Counted from the first letter of the stretch, positions 1 to 10,141 are shown. The stretch is 64,000 nt of DNA from an uncultured Caulobacteraceae bacterium (GCA_964242895.1 CAXTBN010000008.1:1674-65673); one strand, 5' to 3'. A program made the numbers and translations. The notes: generated from the sequence alone by a model not told the origin.

Positions 1-23
1 CCGCCGATCCCGACCCGGATCAT
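1..23 (-). CDS. possible 5' end of a minus-strand CDS that leaves the window
   Basis: ATG at 23-21 (minus) with a GGGGAGGAA Shine-Dalgarno-like run about 6 nt upstream. Only 7 codons are visible. Confidence 0.25.
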
Positions 24-111
24 GCCCGTTCCTCCCCTGTCGCCGCCGCCCGCTCCGCTCTAGCGTGCCTGCGGTCGCGGCGGGAGACACCGCCGGCCCC
101 AGGAGACGTCC

Positions 112-615
112 ATGATCTCGTCCGACCCCGCCGCCCCGCCCGCCCCGCCGCTCGGCGCAGGGATCGCCATCACCGGCATCGTGGTCTTCGCCGTGGTGGC
201 CTGGATCGTGGCCGCGACGCTCCTGAAGCTGCCGTCCTACGGCGCGGCGCTGCTGGTGGGCTGGTACTGGACCACCACCGGCCGCACCGACTTCCGCACC
301 CTGCCGCCGGCGCTGATCGGCGCGGTGGTCGGGATCGGGGTCATCTGGCTGTTGCGCGGGCTGCTGGGCATGGGCGTGATCGGCGACGTGCTCGGAGTGC
401 TGCTGTTCGCGGTGGTGATCCTGGCCGACGTCATGCGCTGGATCCCCTGGGCGGTGAACGGCTGCACCCTGCTGTTCACCACCGTGATCGGCGTCCCGGC
501 GATCATGGGACCCGCCAACTTCCTGGAGATGCTGGCGACCCTGTTCCTGGGCGCCGGCTGGTTCTTCCTGGTGGCCTTCCTCGCCGTCCGCTTCGCACCA
601 AAGCCGGAGATCTGA
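112..615 (+). CDS. hypothetical multi-pass inner-membrane protein
   Basis: ATG preceded by AGGAGA at 101-106. 167 aa, almost entirely hydrophobic segments, high GC3. No family recognised. Confidence 0.6.
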   Translation: MISSDPAAPPAPPLGAGIAITGIVVFAVVAWIVAATLLKLPSYGAALLVGWYWTTTGRTDFRTLPPALIGAVVGIGVIWLLRGLLGMGVIGDVLGVLLFAVVILADVMRWIPWAVNGCTLLFTTVIGVPAIMGPANFLEMLATLFLGAGWFFLVAFLAVRFAPKPEI

Positions 616-629
616 GGCGCGCGCCTCTC

Positions 630-2000
630 TCAGGTCAGGGCGGACGCGGCGTAGATCGGGCGCACGTCGCGGCCCCACTCGCCCTCGTAGAGCTCCAGCC
701 AGCGGTCGGCCTGGGTGCGGCCCGTCTCCGCGCTTTCGGCGAGCACGTCGAGCTGCGCGACGCCGGTGTCGGAGGTCTCGCGGGCGGCGAGGCCCTGCCG
801 GGCGATGGCGACCACCTCGCGCGCCACCTCCGCGAGCGACCGGCCGGCGACCTCCGCCTTGAGCCCCAGGCGCGCGGCGTCCAGGCGCAGGGCCTCGCGG
901 TCCTCGCGCGTCCAGCCCTTGGCCACGTCCCAAGCGGCGGCCAGCGCGGCGGGGTCGTACAGCAGCCCCGCCCAGAACGCCGGCAGGGCGTCGAGGTGCG
1001 CTTGGCCGCCCATGTCTGCCCCGCGCATCTCCAGGTAGGTCTTGAGCCGGACCTCGGGGAACAGCGTCGTGAGATGGTCCTCCCAGTCGTGCATCGTCGC
1101 CCGCTCGGCCGGCATCTCGGGCAGCTCGCCGGCCATGAAGGCGCGGAACGAACGGCCCGACAGGTCGACGTAGCGGCCGTCGCGCTTGACGAAGTACATG
1201 GGCACGTCGAGCGCGTAGTTCGCGTAGGCCTCGAAGCCGAAGCCCTCCTCGAACACGAAGCCCAGCAGGCCCGTGCGGTCGGGATCGGTGTCGGTCCACA
1301 CGCGGGCCCGCGTCGACAGCCAGCCGGAGGGCTTCCCCTCGACGAAGGGCGAGTTGGCGAACAGGGCGGTGGCCAGCGGCTGCAGCGCCAGGGACACCCG
1401 GAACTTGGCCACCATGTCGGCCTCGCTGGCGAAGTCGAGGTTGGCCTGCACGGTGCAGGTGCGCAGCATCATGTCGAGGCCGAGCCCGCCGACCTTGGGC
1501 ATGTAGCTGCGCATGATGTCGTAGCGCGCCTTGGGCATGACGGGCACGTCCTCGCGACGCCACAGGGGATCGTGGCCCAGCCCCGCGAAGCCTACGCCCA
1601 GCTCGCGGCCGAGCTCGCCGCACTCCTCCAGGTGGCGTCCGGTCTCGGCGGCGATCGCGTCCAGGCTGTCGAGGGGCGCGCCGGAGAGCTCGAACTGGCC
1701 GCCGGGCTCCAGGCTGAGGTTGGCCCCGCCGCGCTTGGCCCCGATCAGCATGTGTCCGTGGCGGTTCTCCTCGTAGTCGCCGCGCCAGCCGAACCGCTCG
1801 AAGCCTTCCAGCAGGGCGTGGACGCCGCCGGGGCCGTCGTAGGCCGGGCGGCTCGGCTCGCCGTCGCCGGTGCGGAACAGGAGCTTCTCGTGCTCCGCGC
1901 CGACGCGGTGCTCGCCGCGCGGCTTGCAGCCGGCGGCGAGGTGGGCGGCGAGGTCGACGAACTCCAGCGGACGCGCGTCGTCCGCCGCCTGGCCGTCCAT
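630..2000 (-). CDS. gshA: glutamate--cysteine ligase, plant/alphaproteobacterial type (GCS2 family)
   Basis: 456 aa, with length and sequence blocks (GAEHEKLLF, GGQFELSGAPL, LRTCTVQANLD) typical of plant-type gamma-glutamylcysteine synthetase. Confidence 0.88.
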   Translation of the reverse strand: MDGQAADDARPLEFVDLAAHLAAGCKPRGEHRVGAEHEKLLFRTGDGEPSRPAYDGPGGVHALLEGFERFGWRGDYEENRHGHMLIGAKRGGANLSLEPGGQFELSGAPLDSLDAIAAETGRHLEECGELGRELGVGFAGLGHDPLWRREDVPVMPKARYDIMRSYMPKVGGLGLDMMLRTCTVQANLDFASEADMVAKFRVSLALQPLATALFANSPFVEGKPSGWLSTRARVWTDTDPDRTGLLGFVFEEGFGFEAYANYALDVPMYFVKRDGRYVDLSGRSFRAFMAGELPEMPAERATMHDWEDHLTTLFPEVRLKTYLEMRGADMGGQAHLDALPAFWAGLLYDPAALAAAWDVAKGWTREDREALRLDAARLGLKAEVAGRSLAEVAREVVAIARQGLAARETSDTGVAQLDVLAESAETGRTQADRWLELYEGEWGRDVRPIYAASALT

Positions 2001-2168
2001 GTCCGATCGCCCCCGTCACGCCGAGACGGCGTCGGCGGGCGACATAGGCGGGCTTCGCCGCGTGCTCAAGGGCTGGAACCGCGCCGGTTGCAGTCGTCGA
2101 CAGGCTGCGCCGTGAGCCCATCGCGTCGAAGCGCGTTGCCCCGTCTCAGCGAGTGGCGGAGGTGCGTG

Positions 2169-3434
2169 ATGGCGGTGTCGAGACGGGACGTGATCACGGT
2201 CGCGGCGACAGGGAGCGCGCTCGTGGCCGGAGCGGCGGCGGCGCAGACCGCAGGCGGCCCCGGCCGCCCGGCGAGCGCCGGCCCGCCCGCCACGCCCAAG
2301 CCGCCGATCGAAGGCAAGACGGGCGCTCCCATCCTCGGCCAAGCCAACCCGGCGCGCGAGGCGGAGGCGCCCGACACGCTGGCGCCGCCGAAGACCGACC
2401 ATGGCACCACGCCCAACCTCAAGTGGTCGTTCACCGACAGCCACATGCGTCTCGAGGAGGGCGGCTGGGCGCGCCAGACCACCATCCGCGAGCTGCCGGT
2501 CTCCAAGGAGATGGCCGGCGTCAACATGCGGCTGAAGACGGACGTCGTCCGCGAGCTGCACTGGCACAAGGAGGCGGAGTGGTCCTACATCCTGAAGGGC
2601 CGCGCGCGGATCACCGCCGTCGACGGGGACGGCCGGACCTTCGTCGACGACGTGGGCGAGGGTGACCTCTGGTACTTCCCGGGCGGCACGCCGCACTCGA
2701 TCCAGGGGCTTGAGGGGCCGGAGGACGGGGTCGAGTTCCTGCTGGTGTTCGACGACGGAAACTTCTCCGAGGACTCCACCTTCCTCATCACCGACTGGTT
2801 CGCGCACACGCCCAAGGAGGTGCTGGCGAAGAACTTCGGCGTGCCCGAGAGCACGTTCGACCCCGTGCCGCAGAAGGAGCTCTACATCTTCCCCGCCGCC
2901 CCGGCCTCGCCGACGCTGGCCGGCGACACCCTGCGCGGCGAGGGCAAGGTGCCGGAGACCTTCAGCCACCGCATGACCGCGCAGGCGCCCTTCTTCACCT
3001 CCAAGAGCGGCACGGTGCGGGTCACCGACACGCGCCAGTTCCCCGTCTCGCGCACGATCTCGGCGGCGCTGGTCGAGCTGGAGCCCGGCGGCCTGCGCGA
3101 GCTGCATTGGCACGGCAACAGCGACGAGTGGCAGTACTGGATCGAGGGCCAGGGCCGCATGACCGTGTTCGGCTCCGAGTCCAAGGCGCGCACCTTCGAC
3201 TACCAGCCGGGCGACGTCGGCTACGTGCCGCGCGCGCAGGGCCACTACATCGAGAACACGGGCACGACGAAGCTGAAGTACCTGGAGGTGTTCCGCGCGC
3301 CGCTCTACTCGGACTTCTCGCTGAAGCAGTGGATGGCGCTGACCCCGCACCAGCTCGTGCAGTCGCACCTGAAGATCGACCGCGCCGTGATCGACGGCCT
3401 GCCGCCGAAGAAGCAACCGGTGACGGGCGCGTGA
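2169..3434 (+). CDS. Tat-exported bicupin, oxalate decarboxylase/oxidase family
   Basis: Inner ATG after GGAGG. Twin-arginine signal (SRRDVITVAATGSAL). Two cupin motifs (ELHWHKEAEWSY and ELHWHGNSDEWQY). The upstream part of the 812-aa ORF is antisense to gshA. Confidence 0.8.
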   Translation: MAVSRRDVITVAATGSALVAGAAAAQTAGGPGRPASAGPPATPKPPIEGKTGAPILGQANPAREAEAPDTLAPPKTDHGTTPNLKWSFTDSHMRLEEGGWARQTTIRELPVSKEMAGVNMRLKTDVVRELHWHKEAEWSYILKGRARITAVDGDGRTFVDDVGEGDLWYFPGGTPHSIQGLEGPEDGVEFLLVFDDGNFSEDSTFLITDWFAHTPKEVLAKNFGVPESTFDPVPQKELYIFPAAPASPTLAGDTLRGEGKVPETFSHRMTAQAPFFTSKSGTVRVTDTRQFPVSRTISAALVELEPGGLRELHWHGNSDEWQYWIEGQGRMTVFGSESKARTFDYQPGDVGYVPRAQGHYIENTGTTKLKYLEVFRAPLYSDFSLKQWMALTPHQLVQSHLKIDRAVIDGLPPKKQPVTGA

Positions 3435-3435
3435 C

Positions 3436-4197
3436 CTAGCTCCAACGCCAATCGCCCAGCGCCGCCTGCCACAGGGTCAGGGCGCTGATGGCGGCGGTGT
3501 CGGCGCGCAGGATGCGCGGGCCGAGCGTCACCGCCGTGGCGAACGGCAGGGCGCGGATCGCGGCGCGCTCCTCGGGCGCGAAGCCGCCCTCCGGGCCGAT
3601 CAGCACGGCCCAGGGTCCCGGCTCCGCCTCGCGCAGCGCCTCCAGCGCGGGCGTGGCGCGGCCGGAGCCGCCGCCCCACTCGGCCGAGGCGTCGTCACCC
3701 GCTTCGTCGCAGTACATCAGCCGGCGACCCGGCTCCCAGTCGGCCAGCACCTTCTCCAGCCGCCGCGGCTCGGCGACGGCGGGCACGTCGAGCCGGCCCG
3801 TCTGCTCGCTCGCCTCCGCAGCGATGGCCTGCAGGCGGTCGACGCGCGTGTGGTCGGCGTTGGTGCGGCGGGTGAGCACGGGGCGGACGCGGCGGCAGCC
3901 GAGCTCGGCCGCCTTCTCCACGATGGTCTCCAGCCGCGAGCGCTTCACGAGCGCGATCAGGAGGTCGAGGTCCGGCCCGGTCTCCTGCGCACGCACCTGA
4001 CCGTCGACCGCCAGCACCGTCTCGCGCCGCCCGACCTCCGCGAGCGTGGCGCGCCACTCGCCGTCGCGACCGTTAAACAGGTCCACCGCCTCGCCCGGCT
4101 GCAGGCGCATCACCACCGTCAGGTAGCGCGCCTGCTCGGGCGGGAGACGGATGCGCGCGCCGGGCGTTAGGTCGTCGGGAACGTGCAGGCGGATCAT
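3436..4197 (-). CDS. rsmE: 16S rRNA (uracil1498-N3)-methyltransferase
   Basis: 253 aa with RsmE-like N-terminal PUA-like region and C-terminal LIGPEGGF motif. Confidence 0.88.
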   Translation of the reverse strand: MIRLHVPDDLTPGARIRLPPEQARYLTVVMRLQPGEAVDLFNGRDGEWRATLAEVGRRETVLAVDGQVRAQETGPDLDLLIALVKRSRLETIVEKAAELGCRRVRPVLTRRTNADHTRVDRLQAIAAEASEQTGRLDVPAVAEPRRLEKVLADWEPGRRLMYCDEAGDDASAEWGGGSGRATPALEALREAEPGPWAVLIGPEGGFAPEERAAIRALPFATAVTLGPRILRADTAAISALTLWQAALGDWRWS

Positions 4198-4227
4198 GGG
4201 ACCGCCTCATCGCGCGCGCGGAGCGGC

Positions 4228-5016
4228 ATGGGCAAGCATCACGAGAGCGACCACGACGACGAGGCGGAACGCTACCCGGCGAGGCTGGCCGCCCTGCAGC
4301 TTCAGCTGGTGCGCTTCCAGCAGGCCGCGCAGGCGTCGGGCGAACGCGTGGTCGTGGTGCTGGAGGGCCGCGACGGCGCCGGCAAGGACGGCACGATCCG
4401 CCGGATCGCCGAGCACCTCTCCAACCGCATCACGCGGATCGTCGCCCTGCCCAAGCCCGGCGAGCGCGAGCGGACCTCCTGGTACCTGCAGCGCTACGCG
4501 GCCCATCTGCCGGCGGCGGGCGAGCTCGTGATCTTCAACCGCTCCTGGTACAACCGGGCGGGCGTCGAGGTGGTGATGGACTTCTCCACCCCCGCCGAGC
4601 AGGCCGAGTTCCTCCGCGACGCTCCTGACTTCGAGCGCATGCTGGTGGAGAGCGGGATCAAGCTCGCCAAGTACTGGCTCGACATCTCCAAGGATGAGCA
4701 GGCCGAGCGGCTGACCGCGCGGCGCAACGACCCGCTGAAGGCGCTCAAGGTCAGCGACCTGGACGGCGTGGCCCAGGCCAAGTGGGACGCCTACACCGCC
4801 GCCCGCGACCTGATGCTTCAGCGCACCTCCACCGCCGTCGCGCCCTGGACCTGCGTGCGCGGCGACCACAAGAAACCCGCCCGCCTGGCCGTGATCGCCG
4901 ACCTGCTGCGCCGCGTCGCTCCGCCCGAGGTGGCCCGCGACGTGGCCGACGCCGACCCGGACGTGCTCTTCACCTTCACGCCCGCCGCCCTGACCGACGG
5001 CCGGCTGGCCCGCTGA
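4228..5016 (+). CDS. ppk2: polyphosphate kinase 2 family protein
   Basis: Walker A GRDGAGKDG and FNRSWYNRAGVE lid motif. Start could also be the ATG at 4183, which would overlap the rsmE start. Confidence 0.85.
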   Translation: MGKHHESDHDDEAERYPARLAALQLQLVRFQQAAQASGERVVVVLEGRDGAGKDGTIRRIAEHLSNRITRIVALPKPGERERTSWYLQRYAAHLPAAGELVIFNRSWYNRAGVEVVMDFSTPAEQAEFLRDAPDFERMLVESGIKLAKYWLDISKDEQAERLTARRNDPLKALKVSDLDGVAQAKWDAYTAARDLMLQRTSTAVAPWTCVRGDHKKPARLAVIADLLRRVAPPEVARDVADADPDVLFTFTPAALTDGRLAR

Positions 5017-5041
5017 TCCCGGCCCGCTGAGGAGCCCCGCC

Positions 5042-6034
5042 ATGAACTACGTCAACCTCGGCCGCTCGGGCCTGAAGGTCTCGCGCCTGTGCCTCGGCTG
5101 CATGACCTACGGCGACAAGAGCTGGCGCGACTGGATCCTGCCCTACGACGAGGCGCTGCCCTTCTTCCGCAAGGCGGTGGAGGCCGGGATCACCTTCTTC
5201 GACACCGCCGACATCTACTCCTACGGCGCGAGCGAGGAGGTCACCGGCCGCGCGCTGCTCAGCCTCAAGCCGCGCGACGAGCTCGTGATCGCCACCAAGG
5301 TGTTCAACCCCATGAGCGAGGACCCCAACGACCGGGGCCTCTCGCGCAAGCACATCCTGGCCAGCATCGACCGGAGCCTGAAGCGGCTCGGGACCGACTA
5401 CGTTGACCTCTACCAGATCCACCGCTTCGACCCGCGCACGCCGATCGAGGAGACCATGGAGGCGCTGCACGACGTCGTGAAGGCGGGGAAGGCCCGCTAC
5501 ATCGGCGCGTCGAGCATGTGGGCCTGGCAGTTCGCCAAGATGCAGGCGTCGGCGGCGCGTCACAACCACACCCAGTTCGTCTCCATGCAGCCGCAGTACA
5601 ACCTCGTCTACCGCGAGGAGGAGCGCGAGATGCTGCCCCTGTGCCTGGACCAGGGCGTCGGCGTGATCCCCTGGAGCCCGCTCGCGCGCGGCTTCCTCGC
5701 CGGCGACCGCCGGCGTGGAACGAAGGCGGCCGGCGCCGGGCCGACGCTGCGCTCCAACACCGACGAATTCGCCACCAAGCTGTACTACGAGGACAGCGAC
5801 TTCGACGTGGCCGATGCGGTGAGCGCGGTGGCCGAGGCGAGGGGCGTGCCGAACATGCAGGTGGCGCTGGCCTGGGTGCTCTCGAAGCCTGGGGTGAGCT
5901 CACCCATCATCGGCGCCTCCAAGCTCCCCCACCTCGACGACGCCCTGGCCGCACTCGAGCTCAAGCTGGAGCCGGAGGAAATCGCCAAGCTGGAGGCGCC
6001 CTACCGGCCCAAGCCGGTGAACGACCACGCCTGA
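5042..6034 (+). CDS. aldo/keto reductase
   Basis: 330 aa with AKR signatures (FFDTADIY, GTDYVDLYQIHRFD, YIGASSMWAWQ). Confidence 0.88.
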   Translation: MNYVNLGRSGLKVSRLCLGCMTYGDKSWRDWILPYDEALPFFRKAVEAGITFFDTADIYSYGASEEVTGRALLSLKPRDELVIATKVFNPMSEDPNDRGLSRKHILASIDRSLKRLGTDYVDLYQIHRFDPRTPIEETMEALHDVVKAGKARYIGASSMWAWQFAKMQASAARHNHTQFVSMQPQYNLVYREEEREMLPLCLDQGVGVIPWSPLARGFLAGDRRRGTKAAGAGPTLRSNTDEFATKLYYEDSDFDVADAVSAVAEARGVPNMQVALAWVLSKPGVSSPIIGASKLPHLDDALAALELKLEPEEIAKLEAPYRPKPVNDHA

Positions 6035-6037
6035 CGA

Positions 6038-6304
6038 TCAGCGCGGGCTCGCCGTGGCGGTGGGCGCGCAGGCGGGACCGCACTTGGACAGCGCCGTGGC
6101 GAGCTTCTGCTGCGTCACGCGCAGCTCCAGGCGGATGAGGTAGGCCTGGGCGTCGGCGCGCTCGGTCTCCTCCTCCAGCTTGACCTTGTATAGGTCGCGG
6201 GCGTCTTGCGCCGCCTTCAGCCGGACGGAGCAGGGCTCGGCCTTGGCGGCGGGCGCGGGCGGGGCGGCCAGGGCGGCGATAAGGGCCAGGAGCGGGAGCG
6301 GCAT
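6038..6304 (-). CDS. small secreted coiled-coil protein, function unknown
   Basis: Signal peptide MPLPLLALIAALAAPPAPAA, high GC3, 88 aa. Lies 3 nt downstream of the methyltransferase gene. Confidence 0.5.
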   Translation of the reverse strand: MPLPLLALIAALAAPPAPAAKAEPCSVRLKAAQDARDLYKVKLEEETERADAQAYLIRLELRVTQQKLATALSKCGPACAPTATASPR

Positions 6305-6307
6305 CGG

Positions 6308-7063
6308 TCAGGGCTTCCGGAAGCGGAGGACGAACTGGTCGGTGTCGCGGTTCAGCTCGCGGTCGAACACCATCTTGGTGCGGTCGTCTTTCGGGTTGCG
6401 CAGGAAGTCGGCCTCTCCGTCGAGCACGAAGCCCGCGGCCGTGACCTCCGCCTTCACCCGGTCCTCGTCGATGCGGTGCAGGCTCAGGAGCACGTCGTCG
6501 CCGGCCCCCGGCTTGGCCGCGTGGTCGACCACGAAGAACACGCCGCCCGACTTGAGCGCGGAGAACACGGCGGCGTTGAACGGCGCGCGGCCGGCGCGCA
6601 GGTCGTGGTAGTTCTGCGTGGTCCAGACCAGGTCCATGGGCTCGGGCAGGCCCAGGCCGAAGGGCGAGCCGCCTGGCGAGTACCGCACGTTGGCGTAGGC
6701 CGGGTCGGCGGCGAGCTCCTTGGACTGCGCGGCCCGCGGCTCGCCGAACGGCAGGGTGTAGACCTTGCCCGTCGGCCCCACGGCCTTGGAGAGCAGGCGT
6801 GTGTAGTAGCCGTTGCCGGGGATCAGCTCGGCCACCACCATGCCCGGATGCACGCCGGCGAAGGCCAGCGTCTCCGCCGGTTTGCGGCGATCGTCGCGGA
6901 AACGGTCCTTGGCGGGGCGGCCAGGGTCGGCCACCGCCGCGGCGATGGCGGCCGACGGCGGCGCAACGGGGGCCGCGACGGGCGTCGGCGCCTGGGCGGC
7001 CGCGGGCGTCGCCGCCAGGGCGCAAGCGAGCAGCAGGGCGGAGGTTCGCAGGCGGTGGATCAT
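6308..7063 (-). CDS. exported class I SAM-dependent methyltransferase-like protein
   Basis: Signal peptide, then a VAELIPGNGYYTRLL block typical of predicted periplasmic methyltransferases. Confidence 0.65.
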   Translation of the reverse strand: MIHRLRTSALLLACALAATPAAAQAPTPVAAPVAPPSAAIAAAVADPGRPAKDRFRDDRRKPAETLAFAGVHPGMVVAELIPGNGYYTRLLSKAVGPTGKVYTLPFGEPRAAQSKELAADPAYANVRYSPGGSPFGLGLPEPMDLVWTTQNYHDLRAGRAPFNAAVFSALKSGGVFFVVDHAAKPGAGDDVLLSLHRIDEDRVKAEVTAAGFVLDGEADFLRNPKDDRTKMVFDRELNRDTDQFVLRFRKP

Positions 7064-7130
7064 CGGCGCTCCCGAGGTGGCGCGGCCACGCTACGACGTC
7101 CGGAGGCGCGGACGCCAGGGACGAGGCGGA

Positions 7131-8363
7131 TCAGGCCTCGCGCGCAGCGGCCAGGCGGCCGAGTTCGGCCAGCAGCGCGTCGCGGTCGGGAGCGAAGTCG
7201 CAGTCCACCCACCAGCGTTCCAGTTCCCGGCGGATGCGGCCGTGCTCCGGGCCTTGCGGCACGCCGGCGGCGGCGATGTCGGCCCCGCTCAACGGGAAGG
7301 AGGGCGCCCGCCAGTCCGCCGCCGCGTGCACCGCGCACCAGTCGCCGCCCTCGGCCTCGGCCTGGGCGAGCCGAGCGCGGTCGGTGAAGGCCGCGCCGAG
7401 CGCGTGGACCGTGCGGCGCAGCGCGGGCGCGTCCAGTCCGGGGTGCGGGCGCGGCCCGGGGGCGGCCGTGGCGGCGAGACGGTCGCGCACCGCGTTGGAC
7501 AGGCGCAGGCGGTCCGCCGCGCGGCGGACCGCGGCGGGGTCGTCCGGCAGGAGCGCAGCGAGGCGCAGGGCGCCGTCGCCCGGCCGGCCCTCCGCGAGGT
7601 CGACCGCCGTCAGCGCCTCCAGCCGGCCCAGGTCCGCACCCTCCGGCAGCAGCTCGGCCAGGACGCCGCTCTCGGACATGGCGCGCACGGCCGGGCGCGG
7701 ATCGGCCGCGGCGAGCAGCTTGAGCAGTTCCTTGGCCACGCGCTCGGCCGAGAGCCGGCGCACGCCCTCGCGCAGCGCGGCGCAGGCGGCGAGGCCGGCG
7801 GCGTCGAAGCCCTCGCGGCCGTACCAGGCGGTGAAGCGGAAGAACCGCAGGATGCGCAGATAGTCCTCGCGGATGCGGGTCCCGGCGTCGCCCACGAACA
7901 CCACCCGGCCGGCGTGCGCGTCCGCCAGTCCGCCGCCGGTGGGATCGTGCAGCGCGCCGTCGGCCTCGGCGTAGAGGGCGTTCAGGCGGAAGTCGCGGCG
8001 CGCGGCGTCCTCCGCCCAGCTATCGGTGTAGGCGACGACGGCGCGACGGCCGTCCGTCTCCACGTCGCGGCGGAGCGTGGCGATCTCGTAGGGTCGGCCG
8101 CCGCGCACGGCGGTGACCACGCCGTGGTCGACGCCCGTCGGCACGGCCCGAATCCCCGCGCGCTCCAAGGCGGCGAGCACCTGAGGCGGCGTGAGCGGCG
8201 TGGCGAGGTCGATGTCCAGGCTCTCGCGGCCCAGCAGCGCGTCGCGCACGCAGCCGCCGACGAAGCGCGCCGAGCCCGGGCCGCCCTCCGCCTCCAAGGC
8301 CGCGAGCACGTCGCGGGTGGCGGCGAGCGCCATCCACGGCTGGGGGCGCAGCCGCTCGATCAT
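7131..8363 (-). CDS. CCA tRNA nucleotidyltransferase / poly(A) polymerase family
   Basis: Head-domain motifs GGCVRDALLG and DIDLAT. Start taken at the inner ATG (MIERLRPQPW); the longer Arg-rich extension is implausible. Confidence 0.8.
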   Translation of the reverse strand: MIERLRPQPWMALAATRDVLAALEAEGGPGSARFVGGCVRDALLGRESLDIDLATPLTPPQVLAALERAGIRAVPTGVDHGVVTAVRGGRPYEIATLRRDVETDGRRAVVAYTDSWAEDAARRDFRLNALYAEADGALHDPTGGGLADAHAGRVVFVGDAGTRIREDYLRILRFFRFTAWYGREGFDAAGLAACAALREGVRRLSAERVAKELLKLLAAADPRPAVRAMSESGVLAELLPEGADLGRLEALTAVDLAEGRPGDGALRLAALLPDDPAAVRRAADRLRLSNAVRDRLAATAAPGPRPHPGLDAPALRRTVHALGAAFTDRARLAQAEAEGGDWCAVHAAADWRAPSFPLSGADIAAAGVPQGPEHGRIRRELERWWVDCDFAPDRDALLAELGRLAAAREA

Positions 8364-8695
8364 CGGCCGGCGGCGTGCGCCCGCGTCGGCGCGCGCCGTC
8401 CGGCGAGCACGCGCACGGGCTCGCCGCGCCGGTCGAAGCGCACCGTCAGGCAGTAGCGCTCGCCGTTCTGCGTGCCGCTCTCGCCACGGCCGTCCGGCCC
8501 GACGGCGGCGTCGGCCTCGTCGAGCAGGTGCTGGGGGCCGCCCTGGCGCGCGAGCTCGATCGCCTCGCGGCCACCCACCATGAGCGAGGCGTTCCCCGCC
8601 GTCCCGTCGCGCACGCCGCAGACCGTGCGCACGGCGGCCGAGGCCGGCGGCGCAGCGGCGACGAGAACGGCGAAGAGGGCGAGCGGGCGCATCAC
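8360..8695 (-). CDS. small secreted protein, function unknown
   Basis: Signal peptide MMRPLALFAVLVAAAPPASA, high GC3. Its stop overlaps the cca-like start (ATGA). Confidence 0.5.
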   Translation of the reverse strand: MMRPLALFAVLVAAAPPASAAVRTVCGVRDGTAGNASLMVGGREAIELARQGGPQHLLDEADAAVGPDGRGESGTQNGERYCLTVRFDRRGEPVRVLAGRRAPTRAHAAGR

Positions 8696-8734
8696 GGCAG
8701 CCTAGCACGTCCGCCGATGCGCTAGACTGCGGCC

Positions 8735-10141
8735 ATGCCCGCGCTCCCTCCCGCCGCGCTTGACCGCCTCAAGGCCTCCGTCGGCCCGGAGGGCTGGAGC
8801 GAAGACCCCGACCGCCTCGCCCCCAAGCTGACGGAGTGGCGCGGCCGGTGGACGGGGACGACGCCGCTCCTGCTCCTGCCCCGCTCGACCGACGAGGTCG
8901 CCGCTGCCGTACGCGTCTGCGCGGCGGAGGGGATCGCGATCACGCCGCAGGGCGGCAACACCGGGCTGGTCGCCGGGCAGATCCCCCGGGGCGAGGTGCT
9001 GCTGTCGCTGGAGCGCATGGCGCGGGTGCGCGACCTCGACACGGACGACGACGTGCTGATCGTGGAGGCCGGCGCGACGCTGCACGCGGTGCACGAGGCC
9101 GCCGCCGCCGCCGACCGCCGCTTCCCGCTCAACCTCGCCAGCGAGGGCTCGGCGACCGTCGGCGGGCTCGTGTCCACCAACGCGGGCGGCACGGCGGTGC
9201 TGCGCTACGGGGCCATGCGCGAGCAGGTGCTGGGGTTGGAGGCGGTGCTGCCGGACGGCTCGGTGATGCACGGGCTCAAGCGGCTGCGGAAGGACAACAC
9301 GGGCTACGACCTGCGCGGCCTCTTGATCGGGGCGGAGGGCACGCTGGGCGTGGTCACCGCCGCGGCGCTGAAGCTGCGCCCGCGCCTGCCCTCGCGCGCC
9401 GTCGCCTTCGTCGGTCTGGAGAGCGCCGAGGCCGCGCTGCGCCTGCTGGAGCGCGCCAAACGCGACACGGGCGGCGGCGTGGAGGCCTTCGAGCTGATCA
9501 ACCGCGCCGGCCTGGACCTCGCGCTCAAGAACCTGCCCGGCGCACGGCCGCCGCTGTCGGGAGCGCATTCCTGGGTCGTGCTGATCGAGCTCGCCGACGC
9601 CCAGCCGGGCCGCGCCGAGGCGGCGCTCGAGCCGCTGCTGGCCGCCGCGCTCGACGCTGGCGAGGTGGTCGACGCCGCCCTCGCGCAGGACGTCACGCAG
9701 GCGCGCGCCTTCTGGGCGCTGCGCGAGGGTCAGTCGGCGGCGCAGAAGCCGGAGGGCGCGGCGTGGAAGCACGACGTATCGGTGCCCGTCTCCGCCGTGC
9801 CGCGCTTCCTGGAGCGGGCGGGCGCAGCGGCGCAGGCGGTCGCGCCCGGCTCGCGCGTGGTCGCCTTCGGCCACGTGGGCGACGGCAACATCCACTATGA
9901 CGTGCTCCGCCCCGACGGCGGCGGCGATGCGGCCCACGACGCCGTGCGCGACCGGGGAGCCGAGGCGGTCCACGACGTGGTCCACGCCCTGGGCGGCTCC
10001 ATCTCCGCCGAGCACGGCCTGGGTGCGATGAAGTCGGCGGAGGCGCTGCGCTACAAGGACCCGGCGCAGGTGGCCGCCATGCGCGCCATCCGCTCCGCCC
10101 TCGACCCCGGCCGTATCATGAACCCGCGCGTGCTGTTCTAG
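8735..10141 (+). CDS. FAD-binding oxidoreductase (GlcD / D-2-hydroxyacid dehydrogenase family)
   Basis: 468 aa. N-terminal FAD PCMH-type domain (ITPQGGNTGLVAG) and C-terminal SAEHGLG motif. Confidence 0.85.
   Translation: MPALPPAALDRLKASVGPEGWSEDPDRLAPKLTEWRGRWTGTTPLLLLPRSTDEVAAAVRVCAAEGIAITPQGGNTGLVAGQIPRGEVLLSLERMARVRDLDTDDDVLIVEAGATLHAVHEAAAAADRRFPLNLASEGSATVGGLVSTNAGGTAVLRYGAMREQVLGLEAVLPDGSVMHGLKRLRKDNTGYDLRGLLIGAEGTLGVVTAAALKLRPRLPSRAVAFVGLESAEAALRLLERAKRDTGGGVEAFELINRAGLDLALKNLPGARPPLSGAHSWVVLIELADAQPGRAEAALEPLLAAALDAGEVVDAALAQDVTQARAFWALREGQSAAQKPEGAAWKHDVSVPVSAVPRFLERAGAAAQAVAPGSRVVAFGHVGDGNIHYDVLRPDGGGDAAHDAVRDRGAEAVHDVVHALGGSISAEHGLGAMKSAEALRYKDPAQVAAMRAIRSALDPGRIMNPRVLF

Noticed and set aside
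996-2168. The N-terminal 391 codons of the 812-aa plus-strand ORF preceding the bicupin gene.
   Set aside because: This part is antisense to the well-supported gshA gene. The bicupin has its own GGAGG site, ATG and twin-arginine signal at 2169.
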